This document shows, one piece after another, positions 13,103 through 24,485 of a DNA stretch of 64,000 bases (position 1 is its first letter; each line of letters begins with the position of its first letter). The stretch spans positions 51,646,001-51,710,000 of the forward strand of contig NC_086118.1 in NCBI RefSeq assembly GCF_963921235.1, given 5' to 3'. Both the position numbers and the translations under genes were made by a program. This DNA comes from Mobula hypostoma (Eukaryota). A model generated the notes under the pieces. The model saw only the letters and a program-made list of their open reading frames with translations. It did no database searches and was not told the DNA's origin.

Positions 13103-13214
13103 GTTTTTTGTCCGGGTCTGCACCGTGTTTGTCCGGCTCGCAGTCTGCGCTCTCCCGCCTGTCCGCCCGCTGTCTGGCAGGAGCTCAGAACTGCAAACTT
13201 TAAGCCCAGACCCC

Positions 13215-13255
13215 TTAAATAGTCGCGTTTTCTCCTGCTAGTGACGCTGCCGTCA
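13215..13255 (-). promoter_or_regulatory. Putative NPB core promoter: TATA-like TATTTAA plus inverted CRE half-sites
   Basis: TATTTAA on minus at 13215-13221, about 110 nt upstream of the ATG. TGACG-ctgc-CGTCA at 13242-13255. Confidence 0.5.
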
Positions 13256-13789
13256 AACGCACGCACCTTTCAATATAAATTAGTCACATCCCCCCCCCCC
13301 CCATAAATTGTGGGCGACGACAATTCATCTTGAATCATTCAGGGACTGGGAACCTTTCTCAGCTGGCACTGCCGAGTCTCTGATCATATTTACTCCGTAC
13401 CCGTATTTTAACTTTTTTTTTGTATTATTCTATATAGTTGAATATTTCTGCAAGAAGACGAATCCCAAGGTAGTATGTACTGACATGAATTTACATGAAT
13501 CTGACAATGAATTTACATTGAACCCAGTGGTAGTAGTGGTACACAGGAGGGCTACCAAAGAGGCGAGGGAGGCTACCGTGGAGATTGACCAGCTCCACAC
13601 TTGACAGAGAAAGGGCATCAAAGTGGTTAGAGACCGATGCATGTCAGGAGGCTGGCCCTGCAGATGACACCAGGACCATTGCGAAAAGAACTGGGAGGAT
13701 TCCAGATTCAAGGCTGTTCGTCGGCATTTTTCAGTACACAAGGGCAGAAGAGAACAAAATGATTGCTGGAAATCAAGCCGGAATTCTAC

Positions 13790-14810
13790 CACCAGGCGCG
13801 TCTTTATCTCCCCAACAATCCACACCCCGCCCCCGCTTTCCACAGGGATCGCTCCCTCTGCGATTCCCGTGTCCATTCGTCCCTCCCCACTAATCTTCCA
13901 CCCGGCACTTCTCCCTGCCAGCGACAGAAATGCTCCACTGGCCCGTTCACCTCCCCTCTTGCTTCCATTCAGAGCCCCAAGTCGTCCCTCCGGAGGAGGC
14001 AACACTACGCCTGCCAATCTGTCGGGATCGGCCTCTGTACCCAGTGCTCCCGGGGCAGGCTCCTCTATGCTGGTGACACTCGACGTGAGCTGGGGAGCCG
14101 CTTTTGTCGATCACCTCTGCTCCGTCTGCAAACAGCGAAATTTCCTGGTGGCCAAACATTTTAATTCCTATCCCCATTCCCGTTCCATGACTTCCTCCTC
14201 TGTCACGTTATGGCGTCTCTCAGGGTGGAGGAACAACACCTCATATTCTGTCTAGGTACCCTCCGATATTATGACATGAACATCAATTTCTCCTTCCGGT
14301 ATTCACCCCCAACCCTCCCCTCCTCCTCTATTTCCCACTCTGGCCTCTCACCCGCCTATCACCTCCCTCTGATGCCCCTCCTCCTTCCCTTTCCCCTTCA
14401 CCCACGGTCCACTCTCCTCTCCCGTCACGTTCCTTCTTCTCCAGCCCGTTTCCTTTCCTACCACCTGACTTCACCGATCACCATAGATTAGAGGCCACCA
14501 GCATTTTTAACGCTATGGGCCCCTCCCATTAACCGAGGGGTTCGTGGACCGCAGGCTGGCAGCCGTAAACGCTGCCTGAGCTGCCGAGTTCTTCCAGCAC
14601 TTTGTGCGCATCGCTCTGGATTTCTGGCATCTGCAGAATCTCGTGTTTATAATTCACCATTCACCATCTAACTGGCCCTCCTTTCCCTCCCCCCACACCG
14701 CCTTTTTATTCTGGCGTCTTCCCCCCTCCGTTCCAGTCCTGAAGAAGGGTCTCAGCCCAAAACGTCGACTATTTATTCATCTCCATAGGTGCTGCCCGAC
14801 CCGCTGAGTT
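13790..14810 (+). mobile_element. Penelope-like element remnant (GIY-YIG endonuclease region plus terminal repeat with hammerhead motif)
   Basis: AFHRDRSL..., C-x4-C, HYACQSVGIGLCTQCSRGRLLYAGDTRRELGSRF and VAKHFNS resemble the Penelope/Neptune GIY-YIG domain. Hammerhead-like motif at 14735-14770. Confidence 0.75.
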
Positions 14811-15169
14811 TTGTGTGTGTTAACATGATTCATTACTCTGGACCCGATGCATCCGATGGTGGGACATACAGATGCATGAAGAACACAATAATAAATAAAT
14901 ACATTAGATTAGGTTATATACATAGACTGATGGTATGTACATATAGTGACGCTATAGCATGTGTTGGTAAGGTGACTCTAACAGGAATGATAAAGTGGTG
15001 GCGGGTGTGTGTGTGGTGGGGTCGGTTAACGGGCAGAGGTGATTCACGCATTATGACGGGCCGAAGGGCCTGTTCCTGTTCTATGTTCAATGTGTTGATC
15101 AGCCTAACAGCTTGGGAGGATAGAACTGTCCTTGTGTCCGGTGGTCCAGGCGTGGATGCAGGGCAGCCT

Positions 15170-15510
15170 CCTCCCCGATGGGAGTGGGCCAGACAGTCCG
15201 TGAGCCGGGTGGGTGGGATCATTCCCCGATGGGACAAACAGTCTGTCAGACGGGTGGGTGGGATTATTCCCCGATGGTGGAACAAACAGTCCGTGAGCCG
15301 GGTGGGTGGGATTATTCCCCGATGGGAGTGAGACAAACAGTCCGTGAGCCGGGTGGGTGGGATTATTCCCCGATGAGAGTGAGACAAACAGTCCGTGAGC
15401 CGGGTGGGTGGGATCATTCCCCGATGGGAGTGGGCCAGACAGTACGTGAGCCGGGTGGGTGGGATTATTCCCCGATGGGAGTGGGACAAACCGTCCGTGA
15501 GCCGGGTGGG
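15170..15510. repeat. Minisatellite, ~51-bp unit, 6-7 copies
   Basis: GATTATTCCCCGATGGGAGTGAGACAAACAGTCCGTGAGCCGGGTGGGTGG repeated. Confidence 0.95.
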
Positions 15511-16172
15511 TAGTAAAAGAGTGCAGAATAAAGTGCTACAGCTACTGAGAAAGCGCAGTGCAGGCAGGCAATAAGGTGCAAGATCATAACGAGGGACCTC
15601 GTGAGTTTCATGGTTTTACCAAATCTATCGGGTAAGCTGTTCCTTGAACTCTCCGGCAATGAACAGTGCTGGCAGAGGCGTGCGGCAGTTAGTTCAATCA
15701 CTTCACAACGCCAGGGACCCCCGATCGGGGTTTGATCCCCGCCGCTTTTCTCTCAGGGGTTTGTACATTCTCCCTGCAACTACGTGGGTTTCCTCCGGGA
15801 GCTCCGGTTTCCCCACGTTCCAAAGATGTGGCGGTTTAGGGCTAGTGAGCTGTGCTATGCTGGCGACAGAAATGTGGCAACACTTGTGGGCCGCCAGAGC
15901 ACAATCCTCGGATCGCGCTTTCCGAAGGTGCAAAGCAACAGCTTTCACTGGGGGGTTCGATATCTCACCGCACATGTGAGAAATAAAGCTAATTCTTAAT
16001 CGTTGTCTTTGAAAGAGTCGATCATTAGCTAAAGGTTGCAAACCACCTGGTGGTTTGGGAGAGAACCACCCGAAGTCAGTGTGAAGCTTCAGTGAAATGT
16101 CCCATGCCGGCATATTGGTTTGTGATTGCCACAAACTCCTGCGTGTCATCCTCACAGATTATTCCATCACAT

Positions 16173-16214
<42 letters not shown>

Positions 16215-16615
16215 AAGCTGACAGTGGTGCAGGTGGATGCTTTCCTGGTGTCATGGATTCTTGATTACCTGACTGGCAGACCACAGTACGTGTGTTTGCA
16301 ACACTGTGTGTCCGACAGAGTGATCAGCAGCACTGGGGCTCCACAGGGGACTGTCTTGTCTCCCTTTCTCTTCACCATTTACACCTCGGACTTCAACTAC
16401 TGCACAGAGTCTTGTCATCTTCAGAAGTTTTCGGATGATTCTGCCATAGTTGGATGCATCAGCAAGGGAGATGAGGCTGAGTACAGGGCTACGGTAGGAA
16501 ACTTTGTCACATGGTTTTATTTATGGTTTTATTACTATTTATTATTTATGGTGCAACTGTAACGAAAACCAATTTCCCCCGGGATCATTAAAGTATGACT
16601 ATGACTATGACTATG
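16215..16615 (+). mobile_element. Rex1/Babar-type LINE RT fragment with (TATGAC)n tail
   Basis: WILDYLTGRPQYV...TGAPQGTVLSPFLFTIYTSDF...QKFSDDSAIVG. Confidence 0.8.
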
Positions 16616-17768
16616 ATTTGCCTGTAACGCCGCTGGCATTCAGGGCAGCAATGAAGGCCAGCCCCCCCCCCCCCCCACCCCCATCTCCGGCGGTGCTCAG
16701 GGCTTCCTTCATCGTGTCAGGAGCTTCCTCTCGGTGTTCTCTACTGGGAGGTACGCAGATCCCGGGTGGACACTCGGGAATACCGTCACACTCAGACGGA
16801 GGATTCTCCATTGCTGTCAAGGCAGTACCAATGAAAACAGTAACAGGATGCAGAATAGAGCGTTACTGTTCGAGAGGGTGCAATGCAGTCAGGCAACTTC
16901 AGAAGGAGGTAGACGGTGAGGGCAAGAGCTCCATCTTACCACGCAAGAGGTCCATTCAATAGCCTGTCAGCGGGATGGAAGCTTTTACTGAACCTGGCGA
17001 TACGTGTTTTCGGGTTTTTGTATCTTCTGGCCGACGGGACGAGGGGAGCAGAGAGAATGTCGGGGGTGTTGGCAGCAACGAGAAAAGTGAAGAAACAACG
17101 TACAATATTACAGCGCTGTGTGCTCCCGGTTCTGTTGAAACCGCCCCATAACAGTGTTCTTTCAGTTTTGATCTCAAATCCACATCAACATGGGCTGAAG
17201 CCCGCGTTGCTTGGCAACTGTCCGCAGATCTGACACTGGTAAAGTCAGTGTTATGGATTGTTAATTTGCTGTGCAATCCGTTTTCTAGACACTGACAGAA
17301 CAGCTGTACCACATCCTGGCCCGAGCTCAGAAAGCAAATCAGTCGGGTTAACTAGGCACACTTTGCCTTTAGCATTTGTCTCAAAAATCCAATTTCTATT
17401 TGATGTTAGATTCTCGATCACTCTTGCTTATGGGAATACACAGTTTGTACATGCCTATTTGATCTGCTCTTGCTTGTTTGCTCTCCAGTTTGTTTCCAGC
17501 TAACTTCAGATAATTCAAATCGGATTTTTTTCCCAGTTGTCTATGTTTCACATTTGGCTTTACGCTGTCCCTAACCGCATTAAATCCAATTATGTTATGA
17601 TCACTGTTATCTAGATGTTCCCCACACTTCTAAAAGACAAACTGCAATCTCCATTATTTCCCTTTTTCGGGGGAATACCTTGCCTTTCTGCCCTTTGTTT
17701 TGTTTTTTTCCCAGCAATTGATGCCCCTTCTGCCGTCAGGTGGATATTGTTCAGAAGATGTGTTGTAG

Positions 17769-18245
17769 GGGGTGCCCAGGGAGGGGGCAGCACCTCTGGT
17801 GAGAGTTGTCATGTCCATGCTCACTCACCTTCGGTCCCCACCTTACACTCTGCTCTCACCTGTGGCGCCAAGCTGTTGTTCATGTGCGACAGCGGCCGCA
17901 CCCCAGTAACCACTTCAACGGGTGGGCTAAACCAGGTGAGGGTAACCAGCGGGACATTACCCCGCCGAGAGAGGGACTTGCCTGTCCGGCGAGTTCAGCT
18001 CTGCCGGACTGGGCGGATGAGATCAACAGTGAGAACTCCGGGCTAGGAAGGCGGCTCTGCAATGACGAGGCACAGAAAAAAAGTCCTGGTCATCCGCTTT
18101 AACCAGTTCTGGACACCACTCGTACCACCGGACCCGGACCTGCGAGCTCGGGAGAGTGGAACTGCCCCCATGCCGCGGCTTTCCCACTTTAAAAATAAAC
18201 TCTCACGAACAGACTTCTCTGTCATTGTATCCGACCGACAATCAA
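17769..18245 (+). mobile_element. Diverged related RTE-like element with degenerate HDV-like ribozyme at its 5' end (17769-17942)
   Basis: Shares GCACCTCTGGTG, GGTCCCCACC, CTCTCACCTGTGGC, GCGACAGCGGCC and GCTAAACCAGGTGAGGGT with the 3.3-kb element. The 3' boundary is approximate. Confidence 0.6.
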
Positions 18246-21200
18246 TCATTCAAACCTTTTCTTCATGCAGCTCAACTTCACAATTTTGAAGTCTAAAATA
18301 AACCTAAAACAAATTAATAATCTTTTATTAGGTTCACGCTCATCAGATTCAGTTTCGGAAATCTCTGTCTGCTCTGGTTAGAACTGCAATACAATACTGT
18401 CTTCCGTCAGTTCATTTGCTGCCCGGTTCCCCCGCCTTTATAGTTTCTCTGAAGTTCCTGAATCAGTTCTACGCAAAAACATGTTGCAGGTGAAGGAAAT
18501 TTTAAGAGAAGGGACCAGCGATAGTGCAGGATTGCAGTAAGGGTCACTTTCAGTAACTCTGCCCCGCTTATTCTCAGTATTTTTTTGCACAGTTTGTCTT
18601 TTGCAAATTGATTGTTTGTCAGCCTTTATGCGTAGTTTTTCATAAACTGTGTTGTATATAGGGCAGGATATAGTAGCATATCCATAGATAGTCACAGGCT
18701 TTTCCCCAGGGCTGAAATGACTAGCACACGAGGGGCACAGTTTTAAGGTGCTTGGAAGTAGGTACAGAGGAGATTTTTTACGCAGAGAGTGGTGAGTGCG
18801 TGGAATGGGCTGCCGGTGACGGTGGTGGAGGCGGATACGATAGGGTTTAAGAGACCCCTGGACAGGTACATGGAGCTTAGAAAAATAGAGGGCTATGGGT
18901 AACCCTGGGTAAGTTCTGAGGTAAGGACATGTTCGGCACAGCATTGTGGGCCGAAGGGCCTGTATTGTGCTGTAGGTTTTCTATGTTTCTCTATGATAAA
19001 TTTACTCTGGCTTTTAACTCTGAATCTGCCTGCAACAGACAGAAAATACACATGTACCAGGAATGTGTGTTAAAGCGTGAAAAAAAAGGTGCAAAGACCA
19101 AAGAAGAGGCCTTTTACCCGAACACGGAACGCCATCGCTGGGGTGCACCGAGTTGAAGTGATTGAGTCTTTGGCTCTTCGAGGCTTCGGCCAAGAGAGGT
19201 TTGAGTGAGTAAAGGCAACAAAAAATCCCTGCAGGTAGAGTTTCCCCCTTCTTTATATCTGCTCAGTTAGGACAGGCGGGAGGCCGGGCGGGATAGTTGA
19301 ATGCTCCTCTTGCAGAATGTGGGAAGGCAGGGTGTTCCTGGCTACAGCACCCGCGGGAGGTGCATCTAGCTGCAGCTTCTAACACCCCGCGTTACCGAGT
19401 TGGAACTGGGTGAATTCCGGATCATCCGAGAGGCCGACGGGAGAGGTAGTTACACCCAAGGTGCAGGACACAGGAGACTGGGTGACAGGAAGGGGGAAGG
19501 GGCCAGTGCGGAGTACCCCTGCGGCCATCCACCTCAACCACAGGTGTATCAGTTTGGATACTGTTGTGGGGATGACCTATCGAGGAAAGCCACAGCGGTC
19601 GCGTCTCTGGCACTGTGTCTGTGTCTGCGATTCAGAAGGGAAGGTGGTGGGGTGGAAGAGGTACGCGGTGGTGATAGGGGATTCGTTAGTCAGGGGTACA
19701 GAAAGGAGGTTCTGTGGGCGAGAACGAGATTCCCGGATTAGATTAGATTCCGAGGACACTCAGTCCTCGTTGATTGTCATTTAGAAATGCATGCATTAAA
19801 AAATGATACAACGTTCCTCCAGAATGATATCACAAGAAAAATACAGGACAAACCAAGACTAAAACTGACAAAACCACATAATTATAATATATAGTTACAA
19901 CAGTGCAAAGCAATACCATAATTTGATAACGAGCATGGGCACGGTAAAAAAAAGTCTCGATAGCCTCATCATTCCACGCAGGCGGTATGTTGGTATGTTG
20001 CCTCCCGGGTGCCAGGGTCCGGGACATCTCGGATCGAGTCCTCAGAATTCTCAAATGGGAGGTTAAACAGCCAGAGGTCGTGGTCCATGTAGGTACCCAT
20101 GGCATAGACAGGAAGAGTGAGGAAGTCCTGCAGAGAGAGTTCAGGGAGTTGGGTGCTCAAAGGGCAGGACCTCCAGAGCTGTGATCTCTGGAATGCCACC
20201 CGTACCAGGTGCAGCTGAGACCAGAAACAGGAAGATTATACAGTTTTAGTATATGGCTACGGTGTTGGTGTTGGAGGGAGGACGGAAGATTTTTGGATCA
20301 TTGGGCTCTCTTCCAGGGAAGACCTTAGAAGAGACAGTTTGCACCAGAACGGAAGGGGACTGACATCCTAGCGGGGAGGGTTGTTGGTGCTGTACGGCGG
20401 CGGCGACGGGGTGGGGCGTTTAACTAGGTTTGCTGGGAGGTGGGAACCAGAGTGTCAGAAAGTTAGTGGAAAGATTGTGGAGACAGATGGTGGTTATGAC
20501 CCCAGACAAAGTCAGGAATCAGAAGGTTGAGGTTGGTGCGACTTGTGTCCGGAGCTGCGAGTGATTCAATGGAAGAGTTAGGGTAGGAAAGGCGGGTGAG
20601 TTTTGGGCACGGAATTATGATATTACAACCATTAATGAGACTTTGTTGAGGGATGGGCGGGACTGACAACTCAGTAATCCGGGGTTCCGTTGTATTCGGC
20701 GTGACAGAGTGGGAGGGGGGTGGCGTTACTAGTCAGGGAAAAATCACGGCAGTACCCTGTCAGGACAGACTGGATAACTTGCCTGGTGAGGCGCTATGGG
20801 TGGAACTGAGAAGTAAGAAAGGTTTGACCACGTTAATGGGGCTCTTTTACAGACCACCCAACAATCCGCGGGACTTAGAGGAACAAATTTGTGGCGAGAT
20901 CGCAGACTGTTGCAAGAAACACAAGGTTTTTTTTTATAGTAAACCACAAACAAGAGAAAATCTGCAGATGCTGGAAATCGGAGCAAAACACACACAAAAT
21001 GCTGGAGGAACTCAGCAGGCCAGGCAGCATGTATGGGAAAGAGTAGTGTCGACGTTTCGGGCCGAAATTCCAGTGATTTTAACTTTCTACATATTGACTG
21101 GGATTCCCATTCTGTAAAAGGGCTGGATGGGCAAGAGTTTGTCAAATATAATCACGGAAGTTTCCTTAATCAGTACATAGAAATATCGACGAGAGAGCGT

Positions 21201-21802
21201 GTGATACTGGATCTCCCGTTAAGGAATGAGACAGGGCAGCTGACGGAAGCTCGTGTAGGGGAACACGTTGCATCCACTGACCACAATGCCATTTAGTTTC
21301 AAAATAAATATTCAAAAAGATAGTGCTGGTCTGCGGATTCTAAATTGGAGAAAGGCCAATTTTGATGGTATCAGAGGTGATCTGGAAACGTGGATTGGGA
21401 CAGGCTGTTTTCTGGCACAGGTGCACTTGGTAAGTGGGAGGTCTTCAAAAGCGACATGTTGAGAGTACAAAGCTTGTATGTGCCCATCAGAATAAAAGGT
21501 GAAGATAACAAGGGTAGGGAACCTTGGTTTTCAAGCGACAAGAAACAAAAGGAGCAGCATAGCAGGTATAGTCAGGTGGGAACAAATGAGATGCTTATGG
21601 AGAATAGGACATACAAGGGAACACTTAAGAAAGAAATCAGGAGCACTAAAAGAAGCATGAAGTTGCCCTAGTAGACGAGGTGAAGGACAATCCGAAGGAA
21701 TTCCACAGATATGTTAAGAGCTAAAGGATTGCAAGGGACAAAATTGATCTTCTGGAAGATCTTAGTAGGAACCCATGTGTGGAGCCAAAACAGTTGGGGG
21801 AG

Positions 21803-22705
21803 ATAGAAACATAGAAAACCTACAGCACAATGCAGCCTCTTCGGCCCACAAAGTTGTGCTGAACATGTCCCTACCTTAGAAATTACTAGGGTTACTCATA
21901 GCCCTCTATTTTTCTAAGCTCCATGTACCTATCCAAAAGTCTCTTAAAAGACCCTATCGTATCCACCTCCCCCACCGTTGCCAGCAGCCCATTCCATGCA
22001 CTTACCACTGTCTGTGTAAAAAACTTACCCCTGACATCTCCTCTGTACCTACTCCCAAGCACCTTAAACCTGTGCCCTCTTGTGGCAGCCATTTCAGCTC
22101 TGGGAAAAAGCCTCTGACTATCCACATGATCAATGCATCTCATCATCTTACACACCTCTATCAGGTCACCTCTCATCCTCCGTCGCTCCAAGGAGAAAAG
22201 GCCGAGTTCACTCAACCTATTCTCATAATGCATGCTCCCCAATCCAGGCAACATCCTTGTAAATCTCCTCTGCACCCTTTCTATGGTTTCCACATCCTTC
22301 CTGTAGTGAGGACACCAGAACTGAGCACAGTACTCCAGGTGTGGTCTGACCAGGGTCCTATATAGCTGAACATTACTTCTCGGCTCCTAAATTCAATTCT
22401 ACGATTGATGAAGGCCAGTACACCATACGCCTTCATAACCACAGAGTCAACCTGCGCAGCTGCTTTGAGTATCCTATGGACTCAGACCCCAAGATCCCAC
22501 TGATCCTCCACACTGCCAAGATTCTTACCATTAATACTATATTCTGCCATCATATTTGACCTACCAAAATGAACCACTTCACACTTATCTGGGTTGAACT
22601 CCATCTGCCACTTCTCAGCCCGGTTTTGCAACCTATCAATGTCCCACTGTAACCTCTGACAGCCCTCCACACTATCCACAACACCCCCAACCTTTGTGTC
22701 ATCAA
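21803..22705 (-). mobile_element. CR1 3' fragment nested antisense in the larger CR1
   Basis: WQMEFNPDKCEVVHFG, ERVQRRFTRMLPG and KFFTQ, plus tail. Confidence 0.85.
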
Positions 22706-23375
22706 AGATCTTAATTTTTTTTTTGCATCTGTTTTAATTGGGAGGTGGATACAGAGTCTACAGAAGTGAGGCAAAGCAGCATCAACTTCATGTACTCTGG
22801 GCAGCTTACAGAGGAGGAAGTGTTTTCTACCCTGGGGAAAATCAGCGTGGATAAATCCCCAGGACCTGACAAGGTGTTCCCTTGGACCCTACGGGTGGCA
22901 AGTGCAGAAATTGCCGGGGCCCTAGCAGAGATATTTAAACCATCCTTAGTGACAGGAGAGCTACCGGAGAATTGGAGGAGAGCCAGTGTTGTTGCGCTGT
23001 TTAAGAAAGGCTCTAAACATAAGCCAGGAAATTATAGGCTGGTGAGTCTGACGTCAGCAGTGGGAAAGTTATCGGAAGATATTCTAAGGGACCGATATAT
23101 AAGTATTTGGATCGATGTGGACTGATTAAGGATAGTCACAGTGGCTTTGTGCATGGCAGGACATTTCTAAACAATCTTATAGAGTTTTTCGAGGAAGCTA
23201 CCAGGAAAGTGGATGAAAGCAAGGCAGTGGATGTTGTCTGCATGGACTTCAGTAAAGGGTTTGACACGGTGCCACATGGTAGGTTGGTCAAGAAGGTTCA
23301 GTTGCTCGGCATTCAAGACGAGGTAGTACATTGGATTAGACGTGGATTTGAGGGAGAAGCCAGAGAGCCAGAGAC

Positions 23376-23518
23376 GCCTTCTAGCCCCGCATCTACTATG
23401 CCTTCTAGCCCCGCATCTACTACGGCTTCTAGCCCCTCATCTACTACGCCTTCTTGCCCCGCATCTACTATGCCTTCTAGCCCAGCATCTACTACGCCTT
23501 CTAGCCCCGCATCTACTG
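23376..23518. repeat. Minisatellite, 24-bp unit, ~6 copies
   Basis: CCTTCTAGCCCCGCATCTACTA(T/C)G repeated. Confidence 0.95.
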
Positions 23519-24084
23519 GAGGCCTGTGACTAGTGGAGTGCTGCAGGGATCGGTGCTGGGTCTTTTGTTGTTTGTCATCTATACCAACGATCTGGTTGAT
23601 AAAGTGGTTAACTGGATCAGCTCATTTGCAGATGACACCAAGATCTGGGGAGCGGTGAAGGAAGGAAGACTATCACAGCTTGTGAAATGGAGACATCTCT
23701 TTTTCCCTTATTAGGAAGAGAGAGAGAGCCTGTGGTATGCTGAATTACCGGGTGAACGAGTAGTTTTTGGGGTCCTGCAGTTGTGTCCTTATTGATGCTT
23801 TGCTGCACGCTTGTGTGCTCGGTGGAGGGCACTGATGCTTTTTGCTGGTGGGGGAGGGGTGCTGTTGCTTTACTGCTGCTTGTGTGTGGGAGGAGGGAGC
23901 TGGGGGGGGCTTTGGGGTTCTAATGTTTTATCTGTTATTCATCCTTTGGGGCACTCCTGTGTTTTCATCGATGTTTGTGAAGAAAAAGAATTTCAGGATG
24001 TATACTGTATACTTTTCTCTGACATTAAATGTACCTATTGAAACCTATTGCAAAGGGATCTAGATCAGCTGGAAAAAGCTGGCA

Positions 24085-24485
24085 GATGGAATTTAAAAAC
24101 ACAAACACGAGGAAATCTGCAGATATATACACACATTCTTTATTTCTTTCTCTCCTTTTTCTCCCTCTGTCCCTCTCACTATACCCCTTGCCCATCCTCC
24201 GGGTTTTTCCCCTTCCCCCTTTTCTTTCTCCCTAATCGTCCTGTCCCATGATCCTCTCATATCCCCTTTTGCCAATCACCTGTCCAGCTCTTGGCTCCAT
24301 CCCTCCCCCTCCTGTCTTCTCCTATCATTTTGGATCTCCCCCTCCCCCTCCCACTTTCAAATCTCTTACTAGCTCTTCTTTCAGTTAGTCCTGATGAAGG
24401 ATCTCCACCTGAAACATCGACTGTACCTCTTCCTAGAGATGCTGCCTGGCCTGCTGTGTTCACCAGCAACTTTGATGTGTGTTGT
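24085..24485 (+). mobile_element. Penelope-derived terminal-repeat fragment with hammerhead motif (24387-24422)
   Basis: Pyrimidine-rich body followed by AGTC-CTGATGA-AGG-atctcca-CCT-GAAA-C-ATC-GACT and the gatgctgcctggcctgctg tail. Confidence 0.65.
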
